Position numbers and translations under genes: made by a program
DNA from: a virus
Taxonomy: Duplodnaviria > Heunggongvirae > Uroviricota > Caudoviricetes
Strand: one strand, 5' to 3'
IMG/VR virus record: IMGVR_UViG_2623620501_000012
Span: 1-3,595 of that record
Length of the DNA stretch: 3,595 nt
Notes under the pieces: generated by a model
What the model saw: only the letters and a program-made list of their open reading frames with translations
What the model was told of the DNA's origin: nothing
Database searches by the model: none
Shown: positions 1 through 3,595 of the stretch, piece by piece
Position numbering within the stretch: position 1 is the first letter of the stretch
Layout of the letters: each line of letters opens with the position of its first letter

Positions 1-390
1 ATGCCATTTGCTCGTTATTTCTGCATTTTCATAAATGTTGGTTTGGGAGAAGCGGCTAAAAGGAATGTAGGGACAGGGGCGAATCAGATACCTGATATGG
101 GTAGCTTCACGCTTTCTGTTTCAGGTACTGGATATCAAAAATTACCATCAGGTTTTATTCTTCAGTGGGGCTCAATCGGCGCACCAGGCATTGCACAGGA
201 TGTAGTAACCCATTTCCCGATTGCATTTCCAAACAGATGTCTGCGTGTTTTGGTCTCACAAGACTACACACCAGATAGCGGGAATGTTGGTTATATTGCC
301 TGTGCAGGTTTTAGTCCCGACCCGGTTAAATTTATATCCAGAGCCAGTACTCCTGGCCTCGGCGCTTCATTTTTAGCGTTAGGCTGTTAA
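1..390 (+). CDS. Alternative tail-fibre C-terminal (receptor-binding) cassette, silent in this orientation; functional part probably begins at the crossover site near nt 40, not at the ATG at nt 1
   Basis: ORF track 1..390 (129 aa). Codons at nt 37-54 (VGLGEA) are identical in sequence and frame to the LGLGEG codons of the minus-strand tail-fibre gene at the other crossover site. The C-terminal region ([16 protein letters not shown]) looks like a phage fibre tip domain from recollection only. No RBS or promoter is visible before nt 1. It is followed 21 nt later by a tail-fibre assembly gene. Confidence 0.6.
   Translation: MPFARYFCIFINVGLGEAAKRNVGTGANQIPDMGSFTLSVSGTGYQKLPSGFILQWGSIGAPGIAQDVVTHFPIAFPNRCLRVLVSQDYTPDSGNVGYIACAGFSPDPVKFISRASTPGLGASFLALGC
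26..51. other. Serine-invertase crossover site (hix/gix/pix-like), left boundary of invertible segment
   Basis: Seen in sequence: nt 38-52 ttggtttgggagaag is the exact reverse complement of nt 1935-1949. The inner half-site and central TT dinucleotide are perfectly conserved; the outer half (ttttcataaatg) is degenerate, as is typical of hixL/hixR and gixL/gixR pairs. Confidence 0.7.
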
Positions 391-411
391 TTTAGCTATA
401 TGGAGTGAAAA

Positions 412-852
412 ATGAATTACATATATTCCGCGACTACAAACTCTTTCTATCCGCTGGAGATGAAAGAGGATTACACTCAAGCTGACTCATGGCCAGATGA
501 TGCTGTTGAAGTTGATGAGCAAGTGTATATTGAGTTTTCCGGATTACCGCCGAAAGGAAAAATCCGTATCGCTGGAGAAAATGGTTTTCCTGCATGGTCT
601 GAAATTCCACCACCAACACATGAGGAACAGATTGCTGCAGCCGAACTGGAAAAGCAGCAACTGATTAATCAGGCCAACGATTATATGAACAGTAAACAAT
701 GGCCTGGTAAAGCGGCTATTGGCCGGCTGAAAGGTGAGGAACTGGCGCAATATAATTTGTGGCTGGATTATCTGGACGCACTGGAACTGGTCGATACTTC
801 CGGTGCGCCAGATATTGAATGGCCTACGCCTCCGGCAGTTCAGGCCAGATGA
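412..852 (+). CDS. Tail-fibre assembly protein (Tfa/U-type chaperone), 146 aa, partner of the silent fibre cassette
   Basis: ORF track 412..852. GGAG sits 7 nt upstream of the ATG (ggagtgaaaaATG). The C-terminal motif APDIEWPTPP matches the conserved C-terminal signature of phage tail-fibre assembly proteins. Position immediately downstream of a fibre C-terminus. Confidence 0.8.
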   Translation: MNYIYSATTNSFYPLEMKEDYTQADSWPDDAVEVDEQVYIEFSGLPPKGKIRIAGENGFPAWSEIPPPTHEEQIAAAELEKQQLINQANDYMNSKQWPGKAAIGRLKGEELAQYNLWLDYLDALELVDTSGAPDIEWPTPPAVQAR

Positions 853-1417
853 CGTCCGGCGCTGTGCTGGTATCTGTTGCCGTCACCGCGTCAATGTAAT
901 CCAGCACAGCGTTAAGTCGGGTGTTTTCTGGCTGCGTCAGCTTCCGCCCAGCCTGTAATTTCATTTGAATCAGACTGATGGAAGCCATTGCAGCATCAAT
1001 CAGCGACTGGCGCTGTGCTTCTGCCGCTTCTACTGCGGCGCTATGCTGTGCCTCGGTATCCGTCACCCATTTCTCACCATCCCATTTATCGTATGGCGTT
1101 AACGGTGAAAGCGTGACATAACCGTCTTTGATGGCACCGATATAATCCACTGTAACAGCTGCGCCATTTTCAGTTGAGTAAACGGTCTCATTACGATGGT
1201 CTTCTTCATGGCTCCATCCCTTACCCGTAAATACTGCCACTTTTCCCGGAATGTTTTCGCCCGGGTCAATACCAGTGGAACAGGCGGGTATACTTACGCC
1301 AGTATTAATATATTCATCAGACCAGCCGGTATATTCATACGTTACTGCATTATAATAAAAACAACGCATATCGCCCGGCACTGTAGCCAGCCCATTTTCA
1401 TCAAAAACAGGTTTCAT
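824..1417 (-). CDS. Tail-fibre assembly protein (Tfa/U-type chaperone), 197 aa, partner of the currently expressed fibre
   Basis: ORF track 824..1417 minus. Start ATG overlaps the stop of the upstream fibre gene (TAATG at 1415-1419). SD-like GAGGG lies upstream (reverse complement of 1424-1431). C-terminal motif APDVIWPELPEA is typical of Tfa proteins. Converges on and overlaps the other tfa gene by 29 nt. Confidence 0.8.
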   Translation of the reverse strand: MKPVFDENGLATVPGDMRCFYYNAVTYEYTGWSDEYINTGVSIPACSTGIDPGENIPGKVAVFTGKGWSHEEDHRNETVYSTENGAAVTVDYIGAIKDGYVTLSPLTPYDKWDGEKWVTDTEAQHSAAVEAAEAQRQSLIDAAMASISLIQMKLQAGRKLTQPENTRLNAVLDYIDAVTATDTSTAPDVIWPELPEA

Positions 1418-2241
1418 TATTTAGCCCTCACCAGAAAGTTAAATGCAATATTTCGTGGACGGGTTTCTGTACCTACATGTCCACTAATTTCACCATAACG
1501 TTTAACACTACGAGAGCTAAGAGCTCGTAGTGAGGAAGGCACCTTAAGACCGGGTTCGTCCGTTTTAACTATTCCCCCGTCACCATATGTAGCCAGTATT
1601 CCTGGGTTTACTCCTTCCCGTGCACTTCCTGCAGCAAGCCCGTCCCCCGTCCACAATTCCATATTGTGTGCATGATCCATAATTGTGTGTGATTGCCCTG
1701 AAAGTAGGGTACGTCCGACATCAATCCCGCGCCCATCATCCCAGATACGAATGAAATCACCCCGTGCGTCAGGTAATGCTAGCGCCGGAAACGCTTTCGC
1801 CAGCACAGGGTAATCAGTGGCAGAGAATTTCGCGCCGTTGAACTTCAAAAACACCATACTGGACCAACTGTCGATTACAGTATTTGGCATTGCGGCGGAC
1901 GGCCAGAAGAACGGAACGCCAATAGCTGGAGCACCTTCTCCCAAACCAAGGTTTTCGAGAGCCTTTTGCACCGTGCCGTCCAATTTGATATCGCCAAACG
2001 GATTCTTGCGGCTTAACAGCAACGCGCGAAGCGCGGTAAGTAGCTGATCCGTTTTTTTGGGGTCAGGTTGAATATGTGCACCACCAAGAACATTAAGGAG
2101 TTCCTGCTGTAAATCACGGGTTGCCCCCTGCTGATTGTTTAAATAACCAGCAGTCACGAGGGTTCCTTCTATCCCCTGAGTGGGGTCACCATCATGAAAC
2201 AATTGATCCGGTGTATTTATCGGGGGCATCAGATTTTGCAT
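1417..2241 (-). CDS. Tail-fibre protein, 274 aa: constant N-terminal part (aa 1 to about 97) fused at the crossover site to a variable collar-type C-terminal domain
   Basis: ORF track 1417..2241 minus. Strong SD AAGGAGG (reverse complement of about 2249-2256) precedes the ATG at 2241-2239. TAATG overlap with the upstream gene. The C-terminal half contains a phage-tail-collar-like pattern (FNGAKFS...YPVLAKAF...LPDARGDF...[14 protein letters not shown]). The crossover site encodes [10 protein letters not shown] at aa 94-103. Confidence 0.8.
   Translation of the reverse strand: MQNLMPPINTPDQLFHDGDPTQGIEGTLVTAGYLNNQQGATRDLQQELLNVLGGAHIQPDPKKTDQLLTALRALLLSRKNPFGDIKLDGTVQKALENLGLGEGAPAIGVPFFWPSAAMPNTVIDSWSSMVFLKFNGAKFSATDYPVLAKAFPALALPDARGDFIRIWDDGRGIDVGRTLLSGQSHTIMDHAHNMELWTGDGLAAGSAREGVNPGILATYGDGGIVKTDEPGLKVPSSLRALSSRSVKRYGEISGHVGTETRPRNIAFNFLVRAK
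1936..1961. other. Serine-invertase crossover site (hix/gix/pix-like), right boundary, embedded in the tail-fibre coding sequence
   Basis: Seen in sequence: TTCTCCCAAACCAAGGTTTTCGAGAG, a 26-bp site with a palindromic AAACC-AA-GGTTT core. From memory it resembles hixL (TTCTTGAAAACCAAGGTTTTTGATAA) and gix sites. The inner half is the inverted repeat of 38-52. Confidence 0.75.
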
Positions 2242-2813
2242 TACTGCTCCTCCTTATATGTGAAATGGCAATAAGTAAAAGCGGGTTTAAGGTCTTTAAA
2301 TGTTTCTTCCAGTACAGGGGCACCAAAGGAAAGTAACGGCTCCCCGGCAGCAGATACTCCGGTTCTGAATCTGTAGGCTGGCGTTCTGCTTCCTGTGACA
2401 TTAACCTGCCAAATCCATCGGGCATCTGTTATATAGAGACGATCACCACATCGGTTTATCCCCGCTCTGAATGGATGAAGTTCAGTAATTGTTATGGTGT
2501 ACCCGAGGCTGGCTGCAAGTTGTTTAAAATAAGGGATAGATAACCCACCAGTTGCAGCCATCTTTATAAGAATATTTTCTCGGCGTTCCTGCTGTGTGGC
2601 ACCGTCGCGGGGTATTACTCCATACACTCGTTCCCAGTCAGACAGCGTCATGGATGCGTAAAATGGTGTGACAGATGCAAGCACTCGTGCAGCTGACGCT
2701 TTTACTTCATCCATAATGGCTGCTTCTGCGTTCAGTTCTGCTGAAATATATTTCCCGTTCGGGTCATAGCTGACCGGTGGTAACATGGCACGAAATAAAT
2801 CAACCGTATTCAT
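2241..2813 (-). CDS. Phage tail/baseplate protein, 190 aa (probably the Mu gp48 / P2 gpI / e14 YmfQ-like family), immediately upstream of the tail fibre
   Basis: ORF track 2241..2813 minus. SD-like GGGAGAG lies upstream (reverse complement of 2821-2827). Stop overlaps the fibre start (TAATG). Family assignment rests on synteny and recollection of e14/Mu gene order, not on a verified alignment. Confidence 0.6.
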   Translation of the reverse strand: MNTVDLFRAMLPPVSYDPNGKYISAELNAEAAIMDEVKASAARVLASVTPFYASMTLSDWERVYGVIPRDGATQQERRENILIKMAATGGLSIPYFKQLAASLGYTITITELHPFRAGINRCGDRLYITDARWIWQVNVTGSRTPAYRFRTGVSAAGEPLLSFGAPVLEETFKDLKPAFTYCHFTYKEEQ

Positions 2814-2816
2814 GTA

Positions 2817-2902
2817 TTAACTCTCCCGGGGAAATGGCTGGATATCAATACTCCCCGGACGCAGCCACTCCCATGTGGATTCATTGACAACTGCTTTTAC
2901 AT
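2817..2902 (-). pseudogene. 3' remnant (about 28 codons) of the upstream tail/baseplate gene, truncated by the IS66-family insertion
   Basis: The minus-strand frame is open from the IS boundary down to a TAA stop (reverse complement of 2817-2819), translating ...VKAVVNESTWEWLRPGSIDIQPFPRES*. There is no in-frame start codon between the IS end and the stop, and the stop lies 3 nt before the next gene's ATG, a typical operon junction. Confidence 0.45.
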
Positions 2903-2925
2903 GTAAGCGTAAACTGACCGCCGTA
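2903..2925. repeat. Probable left terminal inverted repeat of the IS66-family element (exact length uncertain)
   Basis: GTAAGCGTAAACTGACCGCCGTA beginning at 2903. The right IR is outside the window, so its extent cannot be confirmed. Confidence 0.45.
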
Positions 2926-2987
2926 TGTAGCCATCAGACGAGAATTGGTAACTTAGACGCCCATCTGATATAGACGGACATCTAAGT

Positions 2988-3413
2988 ATGGAATTACAGG
3001 ACTGGCGAAAAGAACCTCGTAAAAACTATTCGAATGAATTCAAACTTCGTATGGTGGAACTGGCATCACAACCTGGAGCTTGTGTTGCACAGATTGCACG
3101 TGAAAATGGCGTCAATGATAATGTTATTTTCAAATGGCTCAGGCTCTGGCAGAACGAAGGGCGTGTTTCGCGGCGTCTTCCGGTAACGACCTCTTCTGAC
3201 ACTGGCGTTGAATTATTACCTGTAGAAATAACGCCGGATGAGCAGAAAGAACCTGTGGCGGCCATTGCGCCGTCTTTATCCACTTCCACTCAGACCAGAG
3301 TCAGTGCCAGTTCCTGCAAGGTGGAATTCCGTCACGGTAACATGACGCTGGAAAATCCATCGCCAGAGCTGCTCACAGTGTTGATCCGTGAACTGACCGG
3401 GAGGGGAAGATGA
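2988..3413 (+). CDS. tnpA: IS66-family TnpA (Orf1, helix-turn-helix accessory protein), 141 aa
   Basis: ORF track 2988..3413. The N-terminal region (YSNEFKLRMVELASQPGACVAQIARENGVNDNVIFKWLRLW) has the HTH-like pattern of IS66 Orf1. Its stop TGA overlaps the start of the next ORF (ATGA at 3410-3413). Confidence 0.85.
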   Translation: MELQDWRKEPRKNYSNEFKLRMVELASQPGACVAQIARENGVNDNVIFKWLRLWQNEGRVSRRLPVTTSSDTGVELLPVEITPDEQKEPVAAIAPSLSTSTQTRVSASSCKVEFRHGNMTLENPSPELLTVLIRELTGRGR

Positions 3414-3595
3414 TCTCACTCCCATCAGGTACCCGTATCTGGCTCGTTGCCGGCGTTACCGATATGCGTAAATCCTTCAACGGACTGGGAGAACAGGTAC
3501 AACATGTGCTGAATGATAATCCCTTCTCCGGTCACCTGTTTATCTTCCGTGGCCGACGGGGTGACACCGTCAAAATTCTTTGGGCTGATGCTGAT
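3410..3595 (+). CDS. tnpB: IS66-family TnpB (Orf2), N-terminal 62 codons; 3' end beyond the window
   Basis: Manual translation from the ATG at 3410: MISLPSGTRIWLVAGVTDMRKSFNGLGEQVQHVLNDNPFSGHLFIFRGRRGDTVKILWADAD, open to the window end. Absent from the ORF track because no stop falls within the window. Confidence 0.8.
   Translation, partial: MISLPSGTRIWLVAGVTDMRKSFNGLGEQVQHVLNDNPFSGHLFIFRGRRGDTVKILWADAD

Larger units (their letters stand above)
38..1949. other. Predicted invertible DNA segment (tail-fibre host-range switch) carrying two alternative fibre C-termini and two convergent tail-fibre assembly genes
   Basis: Bounded by inverted crossover sites centred at 38-39 and 1948-1949. Gene content (Sv'-U' on plus, U-Sv on minus, convergent) matches the Mu G / e14 P / P1 C architecture. 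Both junctions are in the same reading frame, so inversion would yield an in-frame fusion. Confidence 0.65.
2903..3595 (+). mobile_element. IS66-family insertion sequence, left end and first two genes (partial; element continues beyond the window)
   Basis: The terminus begins GTAAGCG (2903-2909), the characteristic IS66-family inverted-repeat start. About 85 nt later come tnpA and then tnpB with the ATGA overlap typical of IS66 elements. The TnpB N-terminus MISLPSGTRIWLVAGVTDMRKSFNGLGEQV is recognisable as IS66 Orf2 from memory. Confidence 0.8.

Noticed and set aside
1-3. ATG at nt 1 as the true start of a 129-aa tail-fibre gene
   Set aside because: The window begins at this codon, so no RBS can be assessed. 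The crossover site at 26-51 lies inside the ORF, and the first 12 codons lie outside the invertible segment. It is more likely an in-frame Met with the real coding unit created by fusion after inversion.
434-750. Antisense ORFs 434..619 (61 aa) and 544..750 (68 aa) inside the plus-strand tfa gene
   Set aside because: They lie entirely within a well-supported CDS on the opposite strand, show no RBS or recognisable motifs, and are of the size expected by chance.
820-847. The TGGCCT...AGGCCA inverted repeat as a bidirectional rho-independent terminator
   Set aside because: A 6-bp stem with a 16-nt loop and no flanking U-tract gives a weak predicted hairpin, and it lies inside coding sequence on both strands.
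734-958. ORF 734..958 plus (74 aa) spanning the overlap of the two tfa genes
   Set aside because: It is out of frame with both supported tfa genes, with a Cys/Trp/Arg-rich composition typical of spurious frames.
40-1100. Compositional mosaicism (low-GC variable cassette versus flanking genes)
   Set aside because: Hand counts of about 60-nt blocks gave roughly 42-48% GC in the cassette and about 48% in the tfa region, which is not a convincing difference without a proper computation.
1395-1421. Possible third invertase site (ttttcatcaaaaacaggtttcattat) at the fibre/tfa junction, which would imply a multi-site shufflon-like system
   Set aside because: It has only the GGTTT half and an A-rich left half. 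It lacks the CC before the centre and has no extended identity to the 15-bp repeat, so the resemblance is most likely AT-rich coincidence.
1196-2425. ORFs 1196..1498 plus, 1817..2047 plus, 2121..2336 plus and 2192..2425 minus
   Set aside because: All are embedded in or antisense to the supported minus-strand tail genes, with no independent signals. They are most likely shadow ORFs.
3026-3289. ORF 3026..3289 minus (87 aa), antisense to tnpA
   Set aside because: It is fully contained within the IS66 tnpA gene on the opposite strand, with no start context or motifs.

Overview
This window is a phage or prophage tail-fibre module of the invertible-segment type (Mu G segment, e14 P segment, P1 C segment), abutted on the right by the left end of an IS66-family insertion sequence. 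On the minus strand, in the expressed orientation, a tail/baseplate protein (2813..2241) is followed by a 274-aa tail fibre (2241..1417) and a 197-aa tail-fibre assembly chaperone (1417..824), joined by TAATG stop/start overlaps. On the plus strand lie a promoterless alternative tail-fibre C-terminal cassette (ending at 390) and its own assembly chaperone (412..852). A 15-bp perfect inverted repeat with a hix/gix-like AAACC-NN-GGTTT core (sites 26..51 and 1936..1961) sits exactly where an in-frame swap of fibre C-termini would occur. I therefore predict that about 1.9 kb (38..1949) is a serine-invertase-driven host-range switch; the invertase gene itself is not in the window and is expected just left of coordinate 1. 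From about 2903 an IS66-family element begins (tnpA 2988..3413, tnpB 3410..>3595) and appears to have truncated the gene upstream of the tail-fibre operon. I see no RNA genes, no CRISPR array and no convincing evidence of a novel defence-type system. Everything here is read by eye from the sequence and from recalled family features; no database search was run.
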